Source: Escherichia coli
Lineage (GTDB): Bacteria; Pseudomonadota; Gammaproteobacteria; Enterobacterales; Enterobacteriaceae
DNA: 64,000 nt
Strand: one strand, 5' to 3'
Assembly (NCBI RefSeq): GCF_030013595.1
Contig: NZ_CP122768.1
Shown here: positions 51,361 to 60,987 of the stretch, piece by piece
How positions within the stretch are numbered: the first letter of the stretch is position 1
Layout of the letters: every line of letters starts with the position of its first letter
Translations under genes and position numbers: made by a program
Notes under the pieces: generated by a model
Told to the model about the DNA's origin: nothing
Databases searched by the model: none
The model's input: the letters and a program-made list of their open reading frames with translations, nothing else

Positions 51361-51504
51361 AATTCGATTTTTTAAACATGTCGTTGGAATACGTTTATGC
51401 CATCGACATGTTTTGGCGATATGTCGAAAAAACACGATTTTTTAAACATATTTAACATAGCCAAACGGCAGACGGCATCATCTTCTCTCACAGCGGGAAT
51501 TAAA

Positions 51505-51909
51505 TCAGTAGGTGGCTGATTTACCCCTAATCACCTCAATGATCCCCGTCGTCGACACCGACGGCGTGCGGGGGAAATACACCACCTCACAAATATACGC
51601 AAAGCTGTCAAACTTCCCTGCCCAATCATCACCCATCACCAGAATATCCGCACCGTACCCCCGCAGATACTCCGCTTTCTGCTCCAGCGATTCTTCCAGA
51701 AATACGCCATCCACGCACGCCAGCCCGGCGATGATCGCCATGCGGTCATCCTGATGGTAAACCGGCGCTCTGCCCTTTTTGGCAATATTTAAGGCGTCGG
51801 ACGATACGCCGACCAGCAGCCGTTCGCCCAGCGTGCGGGCGCGTTGTAAAAGGCGCAGATGACCGACGTGAAACACATCGAAGGTGCCAAAGGTGATGAC
51901 CGTTTTCAT
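51505..51909 (-). CDS. glycerol-3-phosphate cytidylyltransferase (TagD-like; CDP-glycerol synthesis)
   Basis: 134 aa MKTVITFGTFDVFHVGHLRLLQRA...VMGDDWAGKFD...EVVYFPRTPSVSTTGII with HxGH and C-terminal motifs matching TagD; ATG directly follows the lfiJ stop with GGAG RBS. Confidence 0.85.
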   Translation of the reverse strand: MKTVITFGTFDVFHVGHLRLLQRARTLGERLLVGVSSDALNIAKKGRAPVYHQDDRMAIIAGLACVDGVFLEESLEQKAEYLRGYGADILVMGDDWAGKFDSFAYICEVVYFPRTPSVSTTGIIEVIRGKSATY

Positions 51910-51911
51910 GG

Positions 51912-52346
51912 CTACTCCGCTAATTTGTGCCGCAGCCAGCACTGAACGGCGATATCGTCCACCGCTTTTTGCGCTTTCGCGTTGGCGCTTTCCTGCTGCT
52001 CGCGGCGTTTGTCGTCCAGCGTCAGGGCCACCACTTTCTCTTCGCACGCCGCCGCCGTCAGGTTTTTCTGCATTCGCGTGGCTTTGATGTTAGCCAGCGT
52101 TTTTTCCTGCTCCTGCCATGCGATCACCTTGCGCAAAGTGCCTTTGTAGCCGCTGACGTTTTTCAGCGATTCCACCGACGCCGCCGCGCCCGCAGACGTT
52201 TTCTCCACAAGGTAGCCTAACGCCTTGATATTGTTGTCATAGCCCGCGCAGATCTGTTTTTGCTTTGCCAGTTCGACGGTTTTGTCTTTGACCGATTTAT
52301 CCCGCAGGCGCTGCAACTGCGCCAGGGTGTCGATGATTTGTCGCAT
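51912..52346 (-). CDS. lfiJ: FliJ-like export apparatus protein
   Basis: 144-aa coiled-coil protein following the FliI-like ATPase gene. Confidence 0.7.
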   Translation of the reverse strand: MRQIIDTLAQLQRLRDKSVKDKTVELAKQKQICAGYDNNIKALGYLVEKTSAGAAASVESLKNVSGYKGTLRKVIAWQEQEKTLANIKATRMQKNLTAAACEEKVVALTLDDKRREQQESANAKAQKAVDDIAVQCWLRHKLAE

Positions 52347-52348
52347 GG

Positions 52349-53686
52349 TTACTGTTCTGCCTTTTTGGCGGTGGGAAAGAGAATTTGCAGGCGGCTTTGC
52401 ACCAGTTCCAGGGAGGCGGGTTCGCGCATCTCCTGGCGCAAAAATCGCTCGATAGCCGGGAACATTTTCACCGCTTTGTCGACGCTGGCATCCGCGCCTG
52501 CCACGTAGCCGCCGAGTGGGATCAGCGGTTTGATCTCCATATAGGCGGCGTAGTTTTGCTTTAACGCGCGGGCGGATTGCTGATGTTCCAGGCTTGTGAC
52601 CTGGTTCATGCAGCGGCTGATCGACTGACCGATATCAATGGCCGGATAGTGCCCCGCTTCCGCCAGTTTGCGGGTTAATACGATATGCCCGTCCAGCACC
52701 GCGCGGGCGCAGTCAACGATGGGATCTTGCTGGTCGTCGCCTTCCGCCAGCACGGTGTAGATGGCGGTCATCGATCCCGCGCTTTCGCTGTTGCCTGCGC
52801 TCTCGACCAGTTTGGGGATCATGCCGAATGCCGATGGCGGATAGCCTTTGGTGGCGGGCGGTTCGCCGAGCGAGAGAGCAATTTCCCGCTGTGCCATCGC
52901 GTAGCGGGTCAGGGAATCCACCAGCAGTAAAACGTGATGCCCGCGGTCACGAAACCAGGCGGCGATGGAGTGGCACAGTTCGGTGGCTTTCAGGCGCATC
53001 AGCGGCGATTCATCGGCGGGCGCGACAACAACGATAGACTTTGCCAGCCCGTCCGCGCCCAACGAGTGGTCGATAAACTCTTTCACTTCGCGCCCGCGTT
53101 CGCCAATCAGCCCGACCACCACGATGTCTGCTTTGGTCTGGCGGGTGATCATCCCCAGCAGCACACTTTTCCCGACGCCGCTGCCCGCCATCAGACCGAC
53201 GCGCTGGCCTTTGCCGATGGTCAGCAGGCCGTTGATCGCTTTCACGCCCACGTCCAGCGGTTCGTCCACTGAACGGCGGGTTAAGGGATTAACCGAGGGC
53301 GGCAGCGGCGGCAGAAGGTCATTGCCGTTCAGGCGGCCTTTGCCATCCAGCGGTTCGCCGAGGCCATTCACCACGCGGCCTAACCAGCTTTCGCCAATCA
53401 GGATGTCGTGGGCTTTTTCTTCCGGGAAGACGCGTGCGCCCGCCATCAGGCCGACCGGCAGTTTAAACGGCATCAGGTAGGTGATGTCGCGATTAAAGCC
53501 TACGGCCTGCGCGTCGATAAGCGTGTGGTTGGCGCTTTCGATGCGGCACAGCTGCCCGGTCATTAGCGGGCAGCCGACGCTCTCCAGCAGGATGCCGTTT
53601 AGGCGCACCAGCCGCCCGGCGACGCGGGCCAGCGGGATCGACTCCAGCGAGCGCAGGGCGTTATCGAAAGCGGAAAAATCACTCAC
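52349..53686 (-). CDS. lfiI: FliI-like flagellum-specific export ATPase
   Basis: 445 aa with Walker A GSGVGKS and FliI/F1-ATPase-like architecture. Confidence 0.9.
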   Translation of the reverse strand: MSDFSAFDNALRSLESIPLARVAGRLVRLNGILLESVGCPLMTGQLCRIESANHTLIDAQAVGFNRDITYLMPFKLPVGLMAGARVFPEEKAHDILIGESWLGRVVNGLGEPLDGKGRLNGNDLLPPLPPSVNPLTRRSVDEPLDVGVKAINGLLTIGKGQRVGLMAGSGVGKSVLLGMITRQTKADIVVVGLIGERGREVKEFIDHSLGADGLAKSIVVVAPADESPLMRLKATELCHSIAAWFRDRGHHVLLLVDSLTRYAMAQREIALSLGEPPATKGYPPSAFGMIPKLVESAGNSESAGSMTAIYTVLAEGDDQQDPIVDCARAVLDGHIVLTRKLAEAGHYPAIDIGQSISRCMNQVTSLEHQQSARALKQNYAAYMEIKPLIPLGGYVAGADASVDKAVKMFPAIERFLRQEMREPASLELVQSRLQILFPTAKKAEQ

Positions 53687-54389
53687 CCTGCGACTCCGGC
53701 GTTAGGGTTTCTTTCAGTGCGGTCATGCACTGTTCCAGGCGGTGCTCGCAGCCGATATCCAGTTCTGATTTATCAGTGATCACCCGGCATTCCCCCGGCG
53801 GCAAATCCGGCGAAGGCGTCAGCCCCCATTCGCTGACCTTTTCCGGCACCGCGTCGCGCAGGCGGTTAAACTCTTCCGTGCTCAGCATTACTTGCAGGGT
53901 CTCCGGCATCGCCGGGAAGGCCGCCAGCGCCTCTTCCACCAGCGCCAGCAACTGCGTCGGTTGCAGCGCAAGCTCGCAGCGGATCACCTGGCGGGTGACT
54001 TTTTCCACCAGTTGCAGCAAATCTTCCCGCTGTTTACGTTCGATATGGGCGAGGAAGTCGTTCACTTTTTCGGTGATGGCTTCCAGCGGTTGCGCCGCCT
54101 CAACAAACTGTTTGCGCCCTTCCTGCTGCCCGGCGAGGCTACCTTCGGTGTAGCCCTGGCGTCGCCCCTCGGCAAAACCTTGCTGATGACCTTCGCTAAA
54201 GCCCTGCTCCTGACCTTCGGTCATTCCCTGAGCAAACCCTTTTTGCAGCCCTTCCTGAAAACCGTCCATCAGCTGGCGCTGGTAATCGGCGGCGCTGATG
54301 CTGGCGGTGAGCGGTTCTCCGGTCACCGCACGCTGGCGCGGCGGAAAACGATGCAGGCGATAGCGCCCGCGCAGTGTTTCAATGGTCAT
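53679..54389 (-). CDS. lfiH: FliH-like export ATPase regulator
   Basis: 236 aa with repeated QG(F/Y)AEG-type segments, between FliG-like and FliI-like genes. Confidence 0.7.
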   Translation of the reverse strand: MTIETLRGRYRLHRFPPRQRAVTGEPLTASISAADYQRQLMDGFQEGLQKGFAQGMTEGQEQGFSEGHQQGFAEGRRQGYTEGSLAGQQEGRKQFVEAAQPLEAITEKVNDFLAHIERKQREDLLQLVEKVTRQVIRCELALQPTQLLALVEEALAAFPAMPETLQVMLSTEEFNRLRDAVPEKVSEWGLTPSPDLPPGECRVITDKSELDIGCEHRLEQCMTALKETLTPESQGE

Positions 54390-54392
54390 GGG

Positions 54393-55403
54393 TTACTCCG
54401 CCGTCTGTTCCGCAAAGAGCTGTAGCTGAATTTCGCCCGCCTCTTCCAGTTCACGGGCGATGCCCATGATTTCGCGGCGGATCTGTTCGATACGGCTGAC
54501 CGGCACCGGCCCCAGACGCGCGGTAATGGCTTCCAGTTGCTGCGCCTGACGTTTTGGCATTACCGCGTAAATCGAGCGGCGCAACAGGGCTTCGGTGCCT
54601 TTCAGCGCCACCGCCCAGTCTTCCATCGGCACTTCGTCGAGCAGACGTCGACGCACCTCTTCGTTCTGGCGGCTGAGGATAAAGAAGTCGTACATCTCAT
54701 CCTGGAGCTGCTCCAGCACCTCTTCGTCGCGCTCGCGCATCTGGTCGAGGATCACCTGCTGGTTACCCTGGAAGCGGTTGACGATATCCGCCGCCTGTTT
54801 GATGCCTTTTACCTTCGAGCCGTGTTCCGAAAGTACCGACAGACCGCGCTCGATCAGGCGGTCCAGTTCATCCACCACGTCGCGGTTAACATCGTTGAGT
54901 TTCGCCACCCGATAGAGAATTTCGTTTTGCACCGATTCGTTGAGATACGAGAGCACCGCCGCCGAGATTTCCGGCGTCAGAAACGCGAGGAACACCGCCT
55001 GCAATTGCAGATGTTCTTCGGAGATCAGCATCGCCAGCTGGCGTGGTTCCACCCATTGCAGGCGCGCCATCCGCGAGCGGATCTCATCGCCATAAATGCC
55101 GTTGATCACGCTGCTGGCGATCTCGGTGCCGAGGGCTTTGTTGAGAATGCCCTGCAACATGGATCGCGACGCACCGTTGATCCCGCTCTGCTCCCTGAAT
55201 TCATCAAAGAAGTTGTTGATCACTTTGCGCGCCATGCTGGTTTTAACGCCGGAAAGCCGCGCCATGTTTTCGCTCAGGCGCACCACTTCTTCGCGGCTGA
55301 GTTTTTGCATCACCGTCGCCGCCGCTTCTTCGCCAAGGCACAGCAGCAGGATCGCCGCCTGTTCCAGGTAGCTGTTGCTCTTATTTGTTGTCAATTCGCT
55401 CAT
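54393..55403 (-). CDS. lfiG: FliG-like rotor/switch protein
   Basis: 336 aa, FliG-like C-terminal charged helix region. Confidence 0.85.
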   Translation of the reverse strand: MSELTTNKSNSYLEQAAILLLCLGEEAAATVMQKLSREEVVRLSENMARLSGVKTSMARKVINNFFDEFREQSGINGASRSMLQGILNKALGTEIASSVINGIYGDEIRSRMARLQWVEPRQLAMLISEEHLQLQAVFLAFLTPEISAAVLSYLNESVQNEILYRVAKLNDVNRDVVDELDRLIERGLSVLSEHGSKVKGIKQAADIVNRFQGNQQVILDQMRERDEEVLEQLQDEMYDFFILSRQNEEVRRRLLDEVPMEDWAVALKGTEALLRRSIYAVMPKRQAQQLEAITARLGPVPVSRIEQIRREIMGIARELEEAGEIQLQLFAEQTAE

Positions 55404-57027
55404 TGCTGGTGATCCATTGTCTGAGAACTTCGGCTACGCGATCGGTGTCGCTCATGGCCAGTTTTTGCAGGAACTCGAGTTTTACTTCGAGGCCGGAACT
55501 CTGGGACGGCAGGCTGTCATCACCAGGCAGCGACGGCAGGTCGACGTTTTTGCGCTCCTCTTCCGGCATGGCAATCCACGGTTCGCTGACAGCTTCCGGT
55601 TCTGGTGTGATAACTGGCGCACGTACCGCCGTCAGCCGTTTCATCAGTGGGCGCACCACGAACAACAGCAACAACAGCGCCAGCAGGCCACAGCCAATCA
55701 GCCGCACCCAGGCCAGCACGCTGTCATCTTTCCACAGCGGAATAATTGGTTCGACCGGCATCGCCTGCGGGACAAAGTTAAGCAGCGATAAGGTGAGATT
55801 GTCACCGCGCTGGACGTCAATCCCGGCGGCATTGTTCAGCAACGCGGTCAGTTGCGCAGTCTGCTCCGGCTTCCAGTTTTTCAGCGCCGGGGCGTTTTGA
55901 TTGAGCACCACCGCCACGTTAAGGCGTTTCACCGCAAATCCGGGATGCTGAATATGCTGGACGCTGCGGTCGTAAGAGTAATCGCGCTTGCTTTCGCTGT
56001 GTTTCGAAAGCGCTTCCGGCGAGCGGTTTTCTTCCGTGCCGTTGGTCATTTGATTCGCCGCAACCGGCGGGCGGTTGCTGAGCGAACCGGGCACGCCCAT
56101 CGCCACCTGGTTAGTGTCGCTGTCCAGCACGCTCTCTTCGCGGTTGATTTTCGGCGCGTCGCCGTAGTGTTCCTGGGTTTCGTCGATGGTACTGAGGTCG
56201 AGATCCGGCATCACGCTGACGCGGTAATTCCCCGTACCAACCAGCGAATCCAGCACGTTCGCCACGCTGGCGCGGGTTTTGTCCTGGATATCTTTGAGGA
56301 TCTGATCGCGTTTACGGGTGGCGGCAGAAACCGCCTCGCCTGCGCCAATGCCGTCGGTCAGCAGATTTCCCGCCTGATCGACGACGCTAACTTTGCTGGC
56401 GTGCAGCCCCGGAATGCTGTCGGACACCAGATGCACAATGGCGTTCACCTGGTCCATATTCAGCTTCGCGCCGTAGTGCAGGCGCACCACCACCGAGGCG
56501 CTGTTTTGCGGCTCATCGCTGACCACAAACGAGCTTTCTTCGTTAAGCGCCAGATGCACCCGTGCGCTCTCCACCGCGTCCAGCGACATAATGCTCTGCG
56601 CCAGCTCCCCTTCGAGGCTGCGTTTGTAGCGCACGTTCTGCACGAACTGGCTGCTGCCGAGCACTTCGTCTTTGTCCATCAGCTCGTAGCCGCTGGGCAA
56701 TATCGCCTGCACGCCTTTGGCGGCAAGGGTCATGCGCGTTTTCGACAGTTCATCTTCCGGCACCAGAATTTGCCCGCTCTGCGGGTCAATGCGGTAGCTG
56801 AGCTTTTCACCGTCCAGCACGGTGACAATCTGCGACACAGGCAGATTTTCCTGGCGTCCGTAGAGCGAGACGTAGCCGCGATTACCGGTCCACAGCACAC
56901 TAACGATAATCGCCGTCGCCGCAACGGCAAGCCCCACTCCCGCCATCAATGCCCAGCGTTTGTTATCTGCAAGACGCAGTCGAAACGCCGGAAACGCCTG
57001 GGTTAACTTATTTATTTGTGCATTCAT
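55381..57027 (-). CDS. lfiF: FliF-like MS-ring protein
   Basis: 548 aa with N- and C-terminal TM segments, FliF family. Confidence 0.88.
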   Translation of the reverse strand: MNAQINKLTQAFPAFRLRLADNKRWALMAGVGLAVAATAIIVSVLWTGNRGYVSLYGRQENLPVSQIVTVLDGEKLSYRIDPQSGQILVPEDELSKTRMTLAAKGVQAILPSGYELMDKDEVLGSSQFVQNVRYKRSLEGELAQSIMSLDAVESARVHLALNEESSFVVSDEPQNSASVVVRLHYGAKLNMDQVNAIVHLVSDSIPGLHASKVSVVDQAGNLLTDGIGAGEAVSAATRKRDQILKDIQDKTRASVANVLDSLVGTGNYRVSVMPDLDLSTIDETQEHYGDAPKINREESVLDSDTNQVAMGVPGSLSNRPPVAANQMTNGTEENRSPEALSKHSESKRDYSYDRSVQHIQHPGFAVKRLNVAVVLNQNAPALKNWKPEQTAQLTALLNNAAGIDVQRGDNLTLSLLNFVPQAMPVEPIIPLWKDDSVLAWVRLIGCGLLALLLLLFVVRPLMKRLTAVRAPVITPEPEAVSEPWIAMPEEERKNVDLPSLPGDDSLPSQSSGLEVKLEFLQKLAMSDTDRVAEVLRQWITSNERIDNK

Positions 57028-57031
57028 AGGG

Positions 57032-57373
57032 TTAGATCGACATACTCATCAGATCGTTAAATCCGGTGGCGATTTTGTTGCGCACCTGCACCAGCGCGGA
57101 GAACGAGAGCGATGCCTGCTGGCTGGCGATCATCGCGCCGGCCAGGTCATCGCTTTTACCCAGGTCGATTGCCGTTTGCTGCTGCTCCGCCACCTGCTGG
57201 AACTGGTCAACGTGACCGAGCGCACCGCTCATAATGCGGTTAAACGACACGTCCGGGTCGGTGGAACTGAAGGTCATGGCGGGCAGCACCGGTGCCTGGG
57301 CGTTGGCCTGCATCCGCTGCACGTCCTGCATGATTTGCGCCTGCATGGTGCTGTTGATTGTGGTAATGCTCAT
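57032..57373 (-). CDS. lfiE: FliE-like basal body protein
   Basis: 113 aa, ...FNDLMSMSI C-terminus, FliE family. Confidence 0.8.
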   Translation of the reverse strand: MSITTINSTMQAQIMQDVQRMQANAQAPVLPAMTFSSTDPDVSFNRIMSGALGHVDQFQQVAEQQQTAIDLGKSDDLAGAMIASQQASLSFSALVQVRNKIATGFNDLMSMSI

Positions 57374-57387
57374 TTTTAACTTCCGGG

Positions 57388-58374
57388 TCAGGAGAAAACT
57401 TCAATACCGTGCTTGCGCATGGAGGCCAGTCGATAGCGCAGTGCGCGCGGGGTAATGCCTAACAGGTCGGCAATTTTGCTGCGGTTGCCCTGATATTTAC
57501 GCATCAGGTCGGCGATATATTGATACTGGGCGCTACGTCCGGCCTGGCCTAAATCGCTGGTTTCCGCAACAGATACGGAGGGCTGAATGGGCCATTGCAG
57601 TTCGCTGTGGTCGGCAATGTCATTTTCCGGCAGGCCTAACGCGTCCGGGTAAATCACGCCGTCGCGATTTAAAATCATTCCCCGCTGAATGGCGTTTTCC
57701 AGCTGGCGCACATTACCCGGCCAGCGGTAATTCAGCAGCGCACGGCGGGTAGATTCCGAAAGGGTGATATTTTTCACCAGCACCGTGGAGTATTTTTTAA
57801 TAAATGACTCTGCCAGCGGAATAATATCGTTCAGACGTTCACGCAGCGGCGGCATGGTAATAGGAATAACCACCAGACGATAATAGAGATCTTCACGAAA
57901 ACGCCCTTCGGCGACTTCCTGCTCAAGGTTTTTATTGGTGCAGGCAATCAGGCGAAAATTGAGTTTAATTTGTCGGTTGCTGCCTAATCGCTCAACCTGT
58001 TGTTCCTGCAATACGCGTAATATTTTGGCCTGTAATGCCAGCGGCATATCGCCAATTTCATCGAGCAATAAGGTGCCGTTATTTGCCAGTTCCATTTTGC
58101 CTGGCACGCTGGCAATTGCGCCGGTAAATGCGCCTTTGTCGTAGCCAAATAATGTAGCTTCCAGCATGTTTTCCGGGATCGCCGCGCAGTTCACGCCGAC
58201 ATAGGGTGCGCTTTCATTTTCACCAAAGGCTACGGTGTGAATATATTTTGCCACGCACTCTTTGCCCGCGCCGGTTTCGCCCTGAATGAGCACCGGCACG
58301 TTAAATGCGGCGACACGCTTTGCCAGAGTAAAAGCGTTAATGCTGGAAGCGGCAGTTGCAATAAGTTCAGACAT
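57388..58374 (-). CDS. lafK: sigma-54-dependent transcriptional activator without an N-terminal receiver domain (AAA+ plus C-terminal HTH only)
   Basis: 328 aa; Walker A GETGAGKE ~30 residues from the N-terminus, GAFTGA loop, C-terminal HTH ...SKIADLLGITPRALRYRL. Confidence 0.85.
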   Translation of the reverse strand: MSELIATAASSINAFTLAKRVAAFNVPVLIQGETGAGKECVAKYIHTVAFGENESAPYVGVNCAAIPENMLEATLFGYDKGAFTGAIASVPGKMELANNGTLLLDEIGDMPLALQAKILRVLQEQQVERLGSNRQIKLNFRLIACTNKNLEQEVAEGRFREDLYYRLVVIPITMPPLRERLNDIIPLAESFIKKYSTVLVKNITLSESTRRALLNYRWPGNVRQLENAIQRGMILNRDGVIYPDALGLPENDIADHSELQWPIQPSVSVAETSDLGQAGRSAQYQYIADLMRKYQGNRSKIADLLGITPRALRYRLASMRKHGIEVFS

Positions 58375-58526
58375 AGGGTGAACGATATAAGTAGCGACAA
58401 TAATCAGGATGTTCTGAAGCGTATCACCGGCGGGATTAACAAGTTCGAATTAAACGATAATAAAAATATTATTTGATGGTAAACAATGAGTTAGATATTA
58501 ATACTGTTAATTTGGACATCTGTGAT

Positions 58527-58567
58527 GCCCCCTCACCCTAACCCTCTCCCCGGATGGGGCGAGGGGA
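58527..58567. repeat. partial copy (one arm) of the GC-rich palindromic repeat, copy D
   Basis: ccctcaccctaaccctctccccggatggggcgaggggaca in the lafK-lfiM divergent intergenic region. Confidence 0.65.
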
Positions 58568-58746
58568 CAGACCGCAGACTGATTGGCGAAAATCACTCCC
58601 ATTAAGCAATTAATCGATTAATTATTTTTTCATCCTATTAATAATTTGCCCCTTTCACTCCCCCTCTATTTAATACCTCACCTTGTGTCACTGCCGGATT
58701 TGCGTGCACAAAATCGCCCATACCATTACAGCAGAGAAAGTAAGCC

Positions 58747-59598
58747 ATGCTGAAGTACAGTAAAACGCCAGGCATCTTTAAATTAGAAGGTAATCGGCTC
58801 GGACGCCCCTACCATCGCCTGCCGACCCTGTTTACGGGGAATTTTGACGTGATTGATTCGCATCTTGGCAGCTACTTTCTCAAAAAGCATCGCAGCAATA
58901 TCACCTTAAAAAAGATTGGCTGCGAAATGGATATTATTAATAAAAACGCCGAGCTGATGGTTTCCCAGGTCGGGCATCTGGCGTTTGATATTGATCGCTC
59001 CTTGCTGTTAATGCTGCTGGGCAATTTTTATGGTCTGGAGTCGTCTCTTGAAGAGGCGAAAGACCATAATGGCCTGCCGACCAAAACCGAAACGCGGTTA
59101 AAGAACCGCCTCGCGCTGGATATCTGCACGCTGATTTTTAATCTGCAAACCTCCGGTATTGCGCTGAAATTAAAGCTGGATAGCAGCACGGTGATTACCC
59201 ACTGGGCGTATCAATTAACCTTTACCCTCGCGGGTGATGAAGAGAGCAGTTTTCGTATTTTGCTCGACGACGCCCATACCGATTTTATTTTAAATCTGAT
59301 CCGCCACAGCGAGCACAGTAAACCGCAGCAGGTGGCAAAATCGGTTAATAAACCGGCCCTGATTAAAGAAATCATCCGCTCCCTGCCGCTGACCCTGAAC
59401 GTCAAAATCGCCGAGCTGTCGATGAATGTCGCCGATCTGGCGCAGATAAAAGCCGGGGATATTTTACCCATCTCGCTGGGAGAAACGTTCCCGGTGGCGA
59501 TTGGGCAATCTGAATTATTTAGCGCCCTGATTGTGGAAGACAAAGACAAACTGTTTTTGTCGGAGCTGGCGGGCAAAAATGAGAATAGCCATGAGTAA
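58747..59598 (+). CDS. lfiM: FliM-like switch protein
   Basis: 283 aa; precedes the FliN-like gene with overlapping stop/start. Confidence 0.65.
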   Translation: MLKYSKTPGIFKLEGNRLGRPYHRLPTLFTGNFDVIDSHLGSYFLKKHRSNITLKKIGCEMDIINKNAELMVSQVGHLAFDIDRSLLLMLLGNFYGLESSLEEAKDHNGLPTKTETRLKNRLALDICTLIFNLQTSGIALKLKLDSSTVITHWAYQLTFTLAGDEESSFRILLDDAHTDFILNLIRHSEHSKPQQVAKSVNKPALIKEIIRSLPLTLNVKIAELSMNVADLAQIKAGDILPISLGETFPVAIGQSELFSALIVEDKDKLFLSELAGKNENSHE

Positions 59599-59962
59599 GC
59601 AAGAAGATATTTTAGCCGGGGATTTTGGCCTCACCGATGAAGTTGCGCCTGTCGCGAAATCCGCCGACGCTGAAACGCTGGTCACCCGCCTGGAAGACCG
59701 CTTTTCCGACTCGATGACGCTGCTGAAACGCATTCCGGTGACCTTAACGCTGGAAGTGTCGTCGGTGGAAATTATGTTAGCCGACCTGCTTAACATCGAC
59801 GACGACACGGTGATTGAGCTGGATAAGCTCGCCGGGGAGCCGCTGGATATCAAAGTGAACAATATCCTGCTGGGCAAAGCGGAAGTGGTGGTGGTCAACG
59901 AGAAGTACGGCCTGCGCGTGCTGGAGTTTAACACCCGCGATATCAACGACCTGGCACCATGA
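59591..59962 (+). CDS. lfiN: FliN-like switch protein
   Basis: MSKQEDILAGDF... C-terminal SpoA-like ...GEPLDIKVNNILLGKAEVVVVNEKYGLRVLEF; ATG overlaps the lfiM stop (alternative ATG at 59579). Confidence 0.8.
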   Translation: MSKQEDILAGDFGLTDEVAPVAKSADAETLVTRLEDRFSDSMTLLKRIPVTLTLEVSSVEIMLADLLNIDDDTVIELDKLAGEPLDIKVNNILLGKAEVVVVNEKYGLRVLEFNTRDINDLAP

Positions 59963-60711
59963 AACGCCGCACTCAACTGACGCTGGGCCTTGGGCTGCTG
60001 GCGCTTGCGCCGCTGGCGTTAGCCCAGGGTGGCGATATTGCGCTGCTTAACGTGGTCACCCACGGCAACACTCAGGAGTACAGCGTCAAAATCCAGGTGC
60101 TGATTCTGATGACCCTCGTCGGTTTGCTGCCGACGATGGTGCTGATGATGACCTGCTTTACGCGCTTTATTATCGTGCTGTCGCTGCTGCGCCAGGCGCT
60201 GGGGCTGCAACAAACGCCGCCAAACCGTATTCTGATTGGTATTGCGCTCTCACTCACCATGCTGGTGATGCGCCCTATCTGGCTCAATATTTACGACCAT
60301 GCGGTGGTGCCGTTCGAAAACGATCGGATTACGCTGACCGATGCGTTAAGCATCGCCGCGACGCCGCTGAAACGCTTTATGCTGGCGCAGACCGACAAAA
60401 AAGCGATGGCGCAAATCATGACCATCGGCGGCGCAAAGGGCAATGCCGCCGACCAGGATCTCTCGATTGTGGTGCCCGCCTATGTGTTGAGCGAGCTGAA
60501 AACGGCCTTCCAGATTGGCTTTATGATTTACATCCCGTTTCTGGTTATCGACCTGATTGTCGCCAGCGTATTGATGGCGATGGGGATGATGATGCTGTCG
60601 CCGCTGATTGTTTCGCTGCCCTTTAAACTGATGCTGTTTGTGCTGATCGACGGCTGGTCGCTGACAATCGGTACGCTCACCACCAGCATTCGCGGGCTGG
60701 GGCTGGGCTGA
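59959..60711 (+). CDS. lfiP: FliP-like export gate protein
   Basis: 250 aa with signal peptide and FliP TM pattern; ATG overlaps the lfiN stop. Confidence 0.88.
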   Translation: MKRRTQLTLGLGLLALAPLALAQGGDIALLNVVTHGNTQEYSVKIQVLILMTLVGLLPTMVLMMTCFTRFIIVLSLLRQALGLQQTPPNRILIGIALSLTMLVMRPIWLNIYDHAVVPFENDRITLTDALSIAATPLKRFMLAQTDKKAMAQIMTIGGAKGNAADQDLSIVVPAYVLSELKTAFQIGFMIYIPFLVIDLIVASVLMAMGMMMLSPLIVSLPFKLMLFVLIDGWSLTIGTLTTSIRGLGLG

Positions 60712-60713
60712 TT

Positions 60714-60986
60714 ATGTTGACCGTAGACGTAGCCGCCGACATTGTCGCGAGCGGCATTAAAGTGGTGATTTTACTGGTTTCGGTACTGGTAGTGCCAAGC
60801 CTGCTGGTTGGCCTGCTGGTGAGCGTGTTCCAGGCGGTGACGCAGATTAACGAACAGACCCTGAGTTTTTTGCCGAGGCTGATTGTCACGCTGGTGGTGC
60901 TGGGCGTGTGCGGCAAATGGATGATTATCCAATTGCATGATCTGTGTATTCATCTGTTTACCCAGGCCGCGTTGCTGGTGCATTAA
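60714..60986 (+). CDS. lfiQ: FliQ-like export gate protein
   Basis: 90-aa two-TM protein. Confidence 0.85.
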   Translation: MLTVDVAADIVASGIKVVILLVSVLVVPSLLVGLLVSVFQAVTQINEQTLSFLPRLIVTLVVLGVCGKWMIIQLHDLCIHLFTQAALLVH

Positions 60987-60987
60987 G

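Noticed and set aside
54537-55412. 291-aa ORF on the plus strand
   Set aside because: Antisense to the FliG-like gene; no homology signal and biased composition.
55852-57006. 384-aa ORF on the plus strand
   Set aside because: Antisense to the FliF-like gene; Arg/His-rich shadow ORF.
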